From NCBI GenBank assembly GCA_963785045.1, contig CAWAUC010000028.1, forward strand, positions 4,367 to 68,366: DNA of 64,000 nt. Direction: 5' to 3'. The notes beneath the pieces are model-generated. The model saw only the letters and a list, made by a program, of their open reading frames with translations, did not search any database and was not told the origin of the DNA. Shown here piece by piece: positions 47,365-57,583 of the stretch. The stretch comes from an uncultured delta proteobacterium. Lineage in GTDB: Bacteria > Desulfobacterota > Desulfobacteria > Desulfobacterales > SpSt-501. Made by a program: the position numbers and the translations under genes. Each line of letters starts with the position of its first letter. The stretch's first letter is position 1.

Positions 47365-48816
47365 TTACTTCGTTTCCGGCCAATGTTGGATGACCCGGTT
47401 GCGGGCGTCCATGATCTTGATGGACACGCCGTGATCGCCGTCCAGGCGATGCGTGGCACAGCTGATTCAGGGGTCGTAGGCGCGCACCGCCATTTCGATC
47501 CGGTTCAGGATCCCCTCCGTCACCTTCCCGTCGTGGATCAACGCGCGCGCGGCCTGCTTCACACTCAGGTTGATGGGCCCGAGGTTGTGCGTGGTGCCTA
47601 CAATCATGTTGGCGCGGGTGACCAGGCCGTTCTCGTCGGTGGAGTAGTCGTGGATCAGGGTCCCGCGCGGGGCCTCCACACTCCCAACGCCGCGGCCGGC
47701 CTTGGGCTCGACTTTGGCTCGCACGTTCGGGTCCGTGATCTCGGGGTCCTCCAGGATTTCAATGGCCCGCTCGCAGGCGTAGACCTCCTCGATCAGCCGG
47801 GCGTAGTGGTAGAGCAGGGTCGCCTGGGCCGGACGGCCGAAGAGCGACCGGAACTCCTCCAGCTCCGCCTGGGCCCGCGGGGTCGCCATGCGGTCGGCCA
47901 CATTGATACGGGCGAGCGTATTGGCGCGGTAGATGCCCTTGGGCTGGTCCACATCCAGGACGAAACCCTCGTTCCAGCACTTCGCGTAGGGGAACTTGCC
48001 GTAAGAGTAAGGCTCGACGTGCTCCCCGAGGTAGTCGGCGTAGTCCTGCACGCTGAAGTCGACATAGCTCCCGTCAGGCTTCATCAGGCGAATCTTGCCG
48101 TCGTAAAGGTTGTGGGCGCCGTTCGCATCCACGGTGCCGATGAAGCCGGTCGTGATCACCCCCAGGGTCTGGATGGCCTCCAGGTACTTGGGGAAGACGT
48201 TCTTCTTGGCGAAATCGATCGTGAACATTGCGAAATCCAGCACCTGGCGCATCTTGGCAAGGATGTCCTGACGCTCCTCTTCGAGCATCGGCTTGCAGAA
48301 GCCGCCCGGCACGCCGGCGATGGGGTGGATGGTCTTGCGCGAGAACTTGTCCAGGATCATCTTGACCATGTAGCGCGTCTTGACCACCTGTTGGGCCAGT
48401 TCGGGGTTGGCCTTGGCGATGCCCACCACGTTGCGCACGGCGTAGTCGGCATCCGGGCCGATGACGAAGTCCGGCGCTGCCAGAAAATAGAAGTGCAGCA
48501 GCTTGTCCTCGGCGTGGGCGATGGTCTGCATCAACTCGCGCAGCTTGTGGCCGGCCGGCGGCGGCGTGACCCCGAAGCAGCCGTCCACGGCCTTGTTCGA
48601 GGCCAGGTGGTGCATCCAGGGGCAGATGCCGCAGATCCGGCAGACGATATCCGGGAGTTCCTCGGCCGGCCTGCCTTCGACGAATTTTTCGAACCCCCGC
48701 AGGGACATGACATTCACGCGGGCATCCTGGTAGTTGCCCGCGTCGTCCAGCCAGATGTTGATGGACGCATGTCCCTCGATGCGGGTGATCGGTTGAACCG
48801 TGATGATCTGGGTCAT
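47365..48816 (-). CDS. mvhA: [NiFeSe] hydrogenase large subunit, Mvh/Vhu-type (group 3c-like), selenocysteine at TGA 47467..47469
   Basis: The N-terminal Ni-ligand motif RICGICPWMHH is present. The track ORF stops at ..EMAVRAYDP. Reading through the TGA gives DP-U-ISCATH RLDGDHGVSIKIMDARNRVIQHWPETK* (TAA at 47365). This is the DPCxxCxxH motif with Sec in the first Cys position, plus a protease-cleaved C-terminal extension. Confidence 0.85.
47426..47454 (-). promoter_or_regulatory. Candidate SECIS hairpin for the mvhA UGA
   Basis: mRNA ACGC-AUCGCC-UGGAC-GGCGAU-CACG-GCGU has a 6-bp apical stem, a 5-nt loop and a 4-bp lower stem with a bulge. It starts 12 nt after the UGA. Confidence 0.4.
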
Positions 48817-48817
48817 A

Positions 48818-49759
48818 TCAACTCGATCTCCTTTCGTGGGTTACCGGTTTGAGCAGATGGTGGCCGCCCGAGAACCTGAGCAGCAGGGCGCGGTTGGGGA
48901 TCGTCTTGAAATCGATCCCGTTGGACGCCAGCGCATTCAGCATGTCCAGCAGTTGGTTGCCCTCGTGGCGCACGGGACCGGAGCATCCCCGGCACGGCAC
49001 CCGAGCCGAGATGCAGCGCGGGGTGACGGCATCGCCGCCGCAGCCGGCGCGGGTGACGGGCCCCATGCACAAAAGTCCCTGTTCGAGCAGGCAGCGCATC
49101 TGGTCGAGGGGCTCGCCCGGAGCCTTGTATTGCGGCGCCTGCAGGAAGCGCCGCACCTGCTTCAGCTCGCCCTTGCCCTTGCGCACCGTGGGGCAGGTGT
49201 CGCACACGCTCCGGGACGGCAGCTCGGGCATCTTGCCCTGCACCAGGGAGACCAGGCAGTTGAACACATGGTCCGGGTGCGGCGGGCACCCCGGCACATA
49301 AATGTCCACCTTGATCTTCTCGTCCAGCGCATAGCAGCTGTCGAGCAGAACCGGAACGCCGTCGGACGGATAGGCGCCCGTCGTGTCCGTGGTCTCGGTG
49401 GTAAAAACGCGTTCCATCATCTCGCCCGCAGTCCAGGAGTTGGCCAGCGCCGGGATCCCGCCGTGGGTCGCACATGTTCCCAGGGCGATGATGATCTTGC
49501 ACTTTTTACGCATCTCGCGGGCCACTTCCAGGTGCTCCTCGTTGCGGATGCCCCCACTGATGAGGCCTACATCGGCTTCCGGCAGGCGAAGATGGTCTTC
49601 GTTGCCCAGTTGGCCGAAATATTTGCTGTCCACCAATGCCGGGATGTGCACGATGTCCGCCACCGCGAGCACGTCGAGCAACCGCTCGCCCATGTCGATG
49701 ATGGAGATCTCGCACCCCGAGCACGAATTCAGCCATTCGCTCGATACACGCACACCCAT
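48818..49759 (-). CDS. mvhG: [NiFe] hydrogenase small subunit, Mvh/Vhu-type
   Basis: MGVRVSSEWLNSCSGCEISIIDMGERLLD.., ..IALGTCATHGGIPAL.., ..VPGCPPHPD.. and distal Fe-S Cys clusters (CDTCP, CMGPVTRAGCGG, CRGCSGP) are present. The stop abuts the large-subunit ATG. Confidence 0.85.
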   Translation of the reverse strand: MGVRVSSEWLNSCSGCEISIIDMGERLLDVLAVADIVHIPALVDSKYFGQLGNEDHLRLPEADVGLISGGIRNEEHLEVAREMRKKCKIIIALGTCATHGGIPALANSWTAGEMMERVFTTETTDTTGAYPSDGVPVLLDSCYALDEKIKVDIYVPGCPPHPDHVFNCLVSLVQGKMPELPSRSVCDTCPTVRKGKGELKQVRRFLQAPQYKAPGEPLDQMRCLLEQGLLCMGPVTRAGCGGDAVTPRCISARVPCRGCSGPVRHEGNQLLDMLNALASNGIDFKTIPNRALLLRFSGGHHLLKPVTHERRSS

Positions 49760-49827
49760 GGGGGTTCCTCCTGTTCCGATGGTTCGAGCCTCTTCGCGCG
49801 AGGCTTGTTTCGGCTTTGCGCTGTTGC

Positions 49828-50946
49828 CTATTCCTTCACCCGCACGCCGCGGCCGCCGAGATTTTTGCGGTTCTGCTGGGCTGCCTTGCGCTTCTTGGCC
49901 GACCAGGCGCGGACCTTGGCCAGGGCCTGGGTGGCGTAGCTGGGGTTATCCTTGGCGCTGAATTCCTCGAGCCGCGCCGCGCCCCTGGCGTCGGCGAAAG
50001 CCGCCCGGCCGAGCGGCGAACGCATGATGACGGTGGTCCAGCCCTCCTCGGCGCCGATCCCGCCGAAAGAGACATCGGCGAATTCCGAGGCGTAGTCGGG
50101 GCAGAATCGGCAGGCATGGCGCCGGATCGCCTCCAGTCCATCGAGGGCGACATGCCGGAGCTCGCCGTTTTGCAAATGCACCATCAAGTCGTCCTTGATG
50201 TTGATCTTGCGCACCTGATCCCATGCGAAACCGCCGGCTTCCGCCAGGTGCCGGCGCTGTTCCTCACCGAAGATGAAGTTGCCGGAGCAAAAGAGGCCGA
50301 AGCAGAACTGGATGGTCTCGGAAGGCACCAGGCCGAGGGTCTGCATGCGCCGCACGGATTTGATCTGGCAAGGGGTGCCCACCAGGGCCACCCGATTCAA
50401 CCCCTTTTTCATCATCGGGTCGAATTCCTCGATCGAAGAGAAGGTCAGGTACTGGTCGCCGAAGCTCTTCATGCCGTGCGAGGTGTCGAAGAAGAACCCT
50501 GCGGCATCCTTGATCTCTTCGGTGGAGGTGGCCAGGAACGGCCGCCGCTGGAAGGCCCCGGTCTGCCGGGTCACGATGGCACCGTCGATGCGGCCGCGCT
50601 CGAACAGGTGCAGGAGCAGGGCCGTGACAACCCCGCCGTCGGTGGCATTCTTGCGGACCGCCGGGTCGCCGGCCCGTGCGACCGTGGTCTCGATGACCCT
50701 ACCGATCGGCGGCTCCCAGCCGAGCCGTTGCCGGGTTTCGGCTTCAAGCTCGTCGATTTCCGGGCAGATCGCATAGCACAGCCCGCACTCGATGCACTTC
50801 TCGATTTCCCCGTAGCGGGGCTTGCCGTCCGGGTCCAGCTCGAGCGCGCCGTAGTTGACGGCGCTGCAGAAGGTCACGCAGCCGCCGCAGCGGTGGCAGA
50901 GCCCCGGTTTCTGGACTTCTTGAATCAGGTCGAAAAATGTTTTCAT
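49828..50946 (-). CDS. FrhB/FdhB-family iron-sulfur flavoprotein (F420 hydrogenase/dehydrogenase beta-subunit-like)
   Basis: Start ATG 50946 (cgaaaggaggagatATG). N-terminal 2x[4Fe-4S] (CHRCGGCVTFC..CIECGLCYAICP), ..NATDGGVVTALLLHLFERGRIDGAIV.. and ..VALVGTPCQIKSVRRMQ.. are present. Confidence 0.75.
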   Translation of the reverse strand: MKTFFDLIQEVQKPGLCHRCGGCVTFCSAVNYGALELDPDGKPRYGEIEKCIECGLCYAICPEIDELEAETRQRLGWEPPIGRVIETTVARAGDPAVRKNATDGGVVTALLLHLFERGRIDGAIVTRQTGAFQRRPFLATSTEEIKDAAGFFFDTSHGMKSFGDQYLTFSSIEEFDPMMKKGLNRVALVGTPCQIKSVRRMQTLGLVPSETIQFCFGLFCSGNFIFGEEQRRHLAEAGGFAWDQVRKINIKDDLMVHLQNGELRHVALDGLEAIRRHACRFCPDYASEFADVSFGGIGAEEGWTTVIMRSPLGRAAFADARGAARLEEFSAKDNPSYATQALAKVRAWSAKKRKAAQQNRKNLGGRGVRVKE

Positions 50947-50983
50947 ATCTCCTCCTTTCGGGGAGCACCGACATGCGACGGGC

Positions 50984-52279
50984 TCACAATCCGACTTCGG
51001 CCAGGTCCGTCCCGAGGTAGGCCCGCTCGTTTTCGCCCAGGACTCCCATGGCCAGGCAGATGAGGGTCCACAGGTGGACCGTGTGATAGCCGCCTTCGAA
51101 GTGCTCGCCGATGTCGTGGATCTGGGAGTGGCAGTTGTGGCAGGGCGCAATGCAGTAAGCCGCACCGGTGGCCGCGATCTGGTCGACCTTGAGCTTGCCG
51201 AACCCGCGCCGCGCCTCCGCGTAGCCCGCCTGCAGCGACCCGCCGCCGCCGCCGCAGCAGTAGTTGTTGGAGCGGTTGGGGGTCATGTCGACGAAGTTCT
51301 CCTCGCCCACCACGCATTTGACCACGAACCGCAAATCCTCGGCTACGGGGTCGCCGAGGCTCTTGCGAACCAGCTGGCAGGGATCCTGGACCGTGAACTT
51401 CACTTTCCGGTCCTTGTTCCAGTCGGAATTGACCTTGAGTTTGCCCTCCCGGATCCACTGGGCGTAAAGCTGGACGATGCTGAGGATTTCGAACTTGTGG
51501 GGGATGTTGTACTTTTGCAGCCCGACCCGGACTGCGAAGAGCTCGTGCCCTCACTCCGTGTTGAGCCAGTACTTGCACCCCAGGTCGTCCACGGCCTTGG
51601 CCTTGATGCGCACGATGCGCTCCCAGTTCTCGTCGTCGGCCATGAACATGCAGTAGTTTTCGGCCGCCCAGCCCTTGGTGCCGTAGGTCCAGTCGGCTCC
51701 GGCCGTCTGCAGGATCTTCCACAGCGGCACCATCTCGTCCGGCTCGGTGACCGGCTCGCGCGAGTTCTGGTTGAGGAAGAACTCCGCGCCCACCTTGTTG
51801 ATCGGCGCCTGCAGGTCCTCCCAGCCGGGCTGGCTGGCGCGGACCTCCTCGAGCACGTCCTCGACCACGAAGCGAAAATCGTCCTCGGAGGCCCCCATGG
51901 CGCTGCAGGTTTCGTGTTTGAGGGCCATGTCGCAGGAGCCGCGGATTCCTTTGGGGCGGCTGTCCCGCGGCCAGCTCTTGCGGGCGTGGTAGACAAGCTG
52001 GGGGATGTCGATCTTCATCGGGCAGACGTACAGGCAGCGCCAGCACAGGGTGCACATCCACACCCAGCTGCTGCTCAGGATCTGCTCGTCGAGGCCCATC
52101 GACGCCATGCGCAGGAACTTGCGCGGGTCCATGCCCTCCATGCCGGTGGCCGGGCAGCCCGAGGAGCAGGCGCCGCAGGTCAGGCAGGCGTTCAGGTTGC
52201 CCCCGTCGGGCAGCAACTGCATGACCTTGTCCTTGAAAATGCTGATTTTTTCCTTGCCGAGTTTGATCGGTTCGGTCAT
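50984..52279 (-). CDS. HdrC/HdrB-fusion (HdrD/GlpC-like) Fe-S oxidoreductase with CCG domains, selenocysteine at TGA 51551..51553
   Basis: The N-terminal ferredoxin-like region reads CLTCGACSSGCP..CTLCWRCLYVCP. Track ORFs 51551..52279 and 50984..51403 are in the same frame with no other stop between them (hand-translated: ..KYWLNTE-U-GHELFAVRVGLQKYNIPHKF...VKFTVQDPCQLV..NNYCCGGGGG..IAPCHNCHSQ). Confidence 0.75.
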
Positions 52280-52295
52280 GGGACTGCCTCTCTTT

Positions 52296-52751
52296 TCAGC
52301 TGACGTGCGCCGCGGGGGTGGCGGCGGGCTTGCGGCGGCGGGTGGGGTTGGGCCCGATGCCGCGAATTTTTTCGGTGAACCGGGTCACGACTTCGGCAAA
52401 CCGCGGCGCCTCGGCGGAGGAAACCCACTCGATTGCGAACCGCTCCGGGTCGATCCCCTGGGTTTCAAGCACCATCTTAGTGACTTCACTGCGGGCGAGA
52501 GCTTTGTGATTACCGTCCAGGTAATGGCATTCCCCGAGGTGTCAGCCCATCATGATGACCCCGTCCGCCCCGCGGTTGAACGCCTCGAGCACGAGATCGG
52601 GGTGCACCATGCCCGAGCACATCACGCGCACGGCACGCATGTTCGGCGGATACTGCAGCCGGCCCACCCCGGCCAGATCCCCGCCGGCGTAAGCGCACCA
52701 GTTGCAGAGGAACCCCAGGATGACCGGTTCGAAATCAAATTTTTCGCTCAT
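52296..52751 (-). CDS. mvhD: MvhD (methyl-viologen-reducing hydrogenase delta subunit), selenocysteine at TGA 52542..52544
   Basis: ATG 52751 (aaaaggggagacgaaagATG) gives MSEKFDFEPVILGFLCNWCAYAGGDLAGVGRLQYPPNMRAVRVMCSGMVHPDLVLEAFNRGADGVIMMG-U-HLGECHYLDGNHKALARSEV...WVSSAEAPRFAEVVTRF. Sec sits where MvhD proteins have the Cys of G-C-H-x-G-x-C-H-Y. Confidence 0.85.
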
Positions 52752-52879
52752 CTTTCGTCTCCCCTTTTGTGTTGCCCAGAAATTGGTATATTCGCAGAGT
52801 ATTCTCAGGTTCCAATCACTTGCTTCTTCGCCGACGAAAAATACCATTCTGAATTTTCCCCGCCGGAGGCGGGGAAAAT

Positions 52880-55800
52880 TCAGGCCACCTCCTCCAGGGC
52901 TGCTGCAACCTGCGCCTTGAGCTGGTCCAGGCTGAACCCGTGCACGTAGACCCCGCCCTTTGGGCAGGTGGCGGCGCACAGGCCGCAGCCCTTGCACAAG
53001 GCCGGGTCGGTGGCAATGCGCCGGTGGCTGCGGCCGTCGGCGCCGGCGTACTCCTCGAGCTTGATGGCGCGGTAGGGGCAGACGTCCAGGCACAGGGCGC
53101 AGCCGTCGCATTTGTCCGTGACAAAGGACTTGATGGCGTCGAGCGTCATTTCCGTCTGGGACAGGATCGACGCCGCGCGGGCGGCAGCGGCCTTGGCCTG
53201 GGCAATGGTCTCGTTCAGCGGCTTGGGGTAGTTGCACAGCCCGGCCACGAACAGGCCGTCCACCGACATGTCCACCGGCCGCAGCTTCGGGTGGGCCTCG
53301 TTGAGGAAACCGTCGGCGTTGGTGGCGCACTTGTAAAGCTCCACCAGCTCACGGGTTTCGTTCGCCTCCACCGCGGCGGCCAGCACCAGGCGGTCGGCGT
53401 CAATCGCGACCGGCAGCTGCAGGATGGGGTCGAAGACGTCGATCGTGAGATCCGCGCCGTCGCGGCGCACGACCGGTTTCCGGTCCAGGTCGTAGCGGAT
53501 GAAGATGACACCGAGGTCGCGCGCCTTGCGGTAGAGGTCTTCGCGCGCGCCGTAGGTGCGCATGTCGCGGTAGAGCACGTAGATGTTCATCTGCGGGTTT
53601 AGCCCTTTGAGGCTGAGGGCGGCCTTCACCGTGTGGGTGCAGCAGACCCGGCTGCAGTAGGGCCGGCGCTCGTCGCGCGAGCCCACGCATTGGATGAACG
53701 CAACACTCTGCGCTTTCCTGAGCTCCGCCGGCTGGTCCCGCAGCAGCACGTCGAACTCCAGGTGGGTGACGACGCGGGGGTCCTCGCCGTAGAGGTACTC
53801 GTCCGGTCGCGATTCCCGGCCGCCGGTCGCAAGCACCGCCACACCATACGTGACGGCCCGCGGGTCCCCGTTCACCTGAATTTCGCTCACGAAGCTGCCC
53901 ACGGAGCCCACGGCGGTTTTCAGCTGGGCCTTCTTGAGCACCTTGATATTGGGGTGCTGCTCCACCTTCCGGATCAGGCTTTCGAGGTAGGGACGAACGG
54001 CCTCGCCCTGGTCGGTGGCGTTCACCTTCCAGGCATTCCCGCCGAGCCGGTCCGATTTTTCGAGCAGCACGGTCTGGAAACTCTGGTCGGCAAGGCTTAT
54101 GGCCGCGGCCATGCCGGCCACCCCGCCGCCGATGACCAGCGCCTTCGGCACCACCTTGACCCGGCCGCTCGCGAGGGGAACGCTGAGAGCGGTCTTGGCG
54201 ACGGCCATGCGCACCTGATCCTTGGCCTTTTCCGTAGCCTGTTCGGGCGCGCGCTGGTGCACCCAGGCGTTCTGGTTGCGGATGTTGGCCATCTCCACCA
54301 GGTAGGGGTTCAGGCCCGTCTCCCGGAGGGTGTCCTGGAACAGCGGCTCATGGGTGCGCGGGGTGCAAGCGGCGATGACGACCCGGTTCAGCCGGTGCTC
54401 GCTGATCTTTTTCGCCATGAGCTCCTGGGTGTCGGCCGAGCAGCTGAACAGGTTGTTTTCGGCCAGCACCACGTGGGGCAGACTCCTGGCGTACCGGGTC
54501 ACCTCGTCCACGTTGATCACGCCGGCGATGTTGATGCCGCAGGAGCAGACGAAGACGCCGATGCGCGTCTCATCATCGGCGACACTGCGCTCGGCAGGAT
54601 AGGTCTTGCGGCGCGTCAGCTCGCCGCGGGACTGGATCAGGTCCGTGGCGGCCTCGGCGGCGGCGGTGGAGGCCTCCGTCACCGAGCGCGGGATCGCCTT
54701 GGGGGCCTGGAAGGCGCCGGCGACGTAAACGCCCGGCTGGTTGGTGCACGCCGGCGCAAGGTCCGAGGTCTGAGCGAACCGGTAATGGTCGAGGTTCAGC
54801 TTGAACATGTCGGCCAGCTGCTGGACGTCCGCCGTCGGCTCCAGGCCGATCGACAGCACCGCCAGATCGAAGTCCTCGACCTGCGTGCGGCCCTCCTCGG
54901 TGGTGTAGCGCATGACGACGCCGGAGTTTCCGCTGCCGGGCTCGATCGAGTGCGGCCGCGCACGCACGAAGCGCACGCCTTTGGCCTTGGCCCCTTCGTA
55001 GAAGCGCTCGAAGTCCTTGCCGTGGCTGCGGATGTCCATGAAAAAAATGGTCTGCTCGAGTCCCCCGCCCGAGGTGTGCTCGGCGGTGACCAGCGCCTCC
55101 TTGATGGCGTACATGCAGCAGACGCTCGAGCAGTAGCCGTTGGCGCAGCGGTTGGTGTTGCGCGAGCCAACGCACTGGATCCAGGCGATCCGCCGCGGCT
55201 CACTGTTGTCCGACGGTCTGGTCAGATGCCCCATACACGGACCGCTCGATGAGAGCAGGCGCTCGTACTCCATGCTGGTGACGACATCGGGGATCGTCCC
55301 GTAGCCGTAAAAGTCGAAGCCCTTGGGGTCAAACGGCTTGAAGCCGGGCGACAGTATGACCGCCCCCACGTTCAGCGTGACGATGTCCGCTTTGTCCTCG
55401 AAATTGATGGCGGAGGTGGGGCAGAACTTTTCGCAGGCCTTGCACTTGCCGCGGGTCAGGTAGATGCAGGTCTCGCCGTCGATGGCGTACTTCAGGGGAA
55501 TGGACTGGCCGTACTTGATGTAGGCGGACTTGCGCTGGTTCAGGCCCTGGTTGAACTCGTCATCGACCTTGCGGGGGCACTTCTGGGCGCACAGCCCGCA
55601 GGCGATGCACTTGTCCATGTCGATGTAGCGGGGGTTGTGCTTGACCCTGACGGTGAAGTTTCCGAGCGCGCCGGAAACCTCGACAACTTCAGACAGCGTG
55701 TGGAGACTGACGTTCAAATGCCGGCCGACCTCGACCAGTTTGGGCGAGATGATTCACATCGCACAGTCGTTGGTGGGAAAGGTCTTGTCCAGCTGGGCCA

Positions 55801-56200
55801 TGACGCCGCCGATGCCGGCGCTCTTCTCCACCAGGTGCACATAGTACCCCGAGTTGGCCAGATCCAGCGTCGCCTGCATCCCGGCGATGCCGCCCCCGAC
55901 CACCAGGACCGATCCGATGGGCTTTGCGGACATACTCACCTCTTTGCTCTTGGGATAGTGGGTTGGAGTGATGCGGGCACCCGGCGATGGAATGACCGTC
56001 CCGCTGCCGACGAGTTGCTCCAGGGTCTCTAACGGTATGCCCTGTGTCCGGCAGAATTCATGCAGCGCAAACTTTTCGATGAGGTATTTTTTACCGACCG
56101 TCGCCGTCGCGCTCAGTTTGCCGCTGCGAATCCAGTTCGTGACCGTGTTGCGATGCACACCGAGCTTTTCGGCCAGCTGACCGACCCGAATTTCAATCAT
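52880..56200 (-). CDS. hdrA: Large tandem HdrA-like flavoprotein (two FAD/Fe-S modules), selenocysteine at TGA 55754..55756, with in-frame N-terminal excisionase/MerR-type HTH; alternative internal start at 55933
   Basis: Track ORFs 55754..56200 and 52880..55717 share a frame. Read-through gives ..[36 protein letters not shown].., which is the HdrA FPTNDC(S/A)MC(I)L.PK motif. GxGxxG motifs are [12 protein letters not shown] and [12 protein letters not shown], and there are multiple CxxCxxCxxxCP clusters. Residues 1-60 read [32 protein letters not shown]. Both ATG 56200 (ggaggctcatATG) and ATG 55933 (aaagaggtgagtATG) have an RBS. Confidence 0.8.
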
Positions 56201-56708
56201 ATGAGCCTCCGCTGGTGGGTGTTGAACCGATTTCCGCCATGATCCGTGCGCACATGCGCGGGATGGCCGACTGCACCGGCGCGGACAAGCCGGTCATGAC
56301 CTCCTCGGGCAGCCCCGCCACCTGCACGACGAACACCCGCACGTCGATGGCGGTTTCCTCCTTCAACTCCTTGAGCATGTTCGTGGTGGGGAACTGGTGC
56401 AGCGAGAAGTCACAGCATTTTTCCGGCTGGATCTGGTCGATGTCGATGGCCCGTATCTCTCCCGGCGCGATACCCGGGGTGTCCGCAGCATCGACGATGA
56501 TGATCCGGCGCGGTTTTTTTTCGGAAAGGATGAGATCGAAGAGGATGTCGCGAACCGAAGTCCCGACATCGATGCAGGCCGCTGATTCGGGAATGGCATA
56601 GGCTTCTTCCAGCTGCCGGATCACCGCCGGCCCGAAGCCGTCGTCGCCGATCAGCGGGTTGCCGCATCCAAGGACCAGGCAGTCATATTCAAACAACGGC
56701 CTAAGCAT
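56193..56708 (-). CDS. Hydrogenase maturation endopeptidase (HycI/FrhD/HoxW family)
   Basis: ..[20 protein letters not shown].. and ..IIIVDAAD.. ..FSLHQF.. are present. The track start 56717 is TTG, and ATG 56708 (MLRPLF) is more likely. Confidence 0.8.
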   Translation of the reverse strand: MLRPLFEYDCLVLGCGNPLIGDDGFGPAVIRQLEEAYAIPESAACIDVGTSVRDILFDLILSEKKPRRIIIVDAADTPGIAPGEIRAIDIDQIQPEKCCDFSLHQFPTTNMLKELKEETAIDVRVFVVQVAGLPEEVMTGLSAPVQSAIPRMCARIMAEIGSTPTSGGSYD

Positions 56709-57583
56709 GTTGTGCAATATATGCCGTTTAATTTTACTATGTCAAGATAAATTGTGCAATGTGTGCTATCCATACTATTATCCATCCAGAAATGGTGGAT
56801 TTCGGTTCAGGCCACAGAAAAAATTTCAAAAAGCACCGCCCCCCGGGGGGGAAAAGGGAGGGGGAAAGAGCAGAGGAAGAGAAGCAGTGCCAATTTGAAA
56901 GCTGGGGCGAATTGATTCAAGTTCAACTTGAAGTTGAATATCAACCGGAGGTCGCAGATGAAAACGGTAAGCCTTCTGGCATTCCGCAAGGACGCTCACT
57001 TCAAAGCCGCCGGCTTCATTCCGCTGCTTGCCTGATGCCGGAACCTTCCGGAACCTTTCAACAAGGGACCAAGGGCGGTGGCGCCGGTAATTCCAGGGGG
57101 CTTTCCACGAAGGGGGGTGTTCGAAAAACCATCGGCAGATTGCGGGCTTGGATCGGGCGGTATAAATTAAAATTTCTGTTTAGAGGTCGTCTTTATTCGG
57201 CGTGATTGGGGGCTTCGGCAGATACTTCTGGTCGTTCTTCCGAGAGCTCTCGCTGGACGGGGTGCGCACGGGGCTTGTTGGCGGCTTCCTTCTCGTGAAG
57301 TGCCCCGCCTTTGAAAACTGGAGATGGAAAGGTTTTCGTTGCCGCTTTCTTGACCCCATCACGTCCTACAATAACCCTTCAAATGCGGTTGTGCCTTATT
57401 TCTAAAATTGCGCATAATAGTTCTTAAATTGCAAGATATAGATTTGAGAATATCTCCGGCACGGTTTTTTAAAGCCGTAGCTTTCGCGACAGGCCGGAGC
57501 CGGAGGTGGAAGCTTGATTTGGTGGATGTCGATGACTGCGGCGTTTGCCTGCGCGACATCATAGAGAAGGAAGGAGTTGTTCT

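Noticed and set aside
45957-55252. Very long + strand ORFs in the track (45957..47393, 47290..48852, 48800..49939, 49816..51063, 51074..52303, 52005..52949, 53633..55252) and the minus-strand ORF 50943..52061.
   Set aside because: Their products are Arg/Gly/Ala/Pro-rich low-complexity strings with no motifs. They lie antisense to, or out of frame with, minus-strand genes that carry unmistakable hydrogenase/Hdr motifs. They are typical shadow ORFs of GC-rich DNA.
47467-55756. Interpreting the four in-frame TGAs (47467, 51551, 52542, 55754) as nonsense mutations or pseudogenes, like the other broken genes in the window.
   Set aside because: Each TGA falls exactly on a conserved Cys of a redox or metal-binding motif (DPCxxC, CCG-domain Cys, GCHxGxCHY, NDCxMC). 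The frame continues without shift into conserved sequence. Random nonsense mutations would not do this four times.
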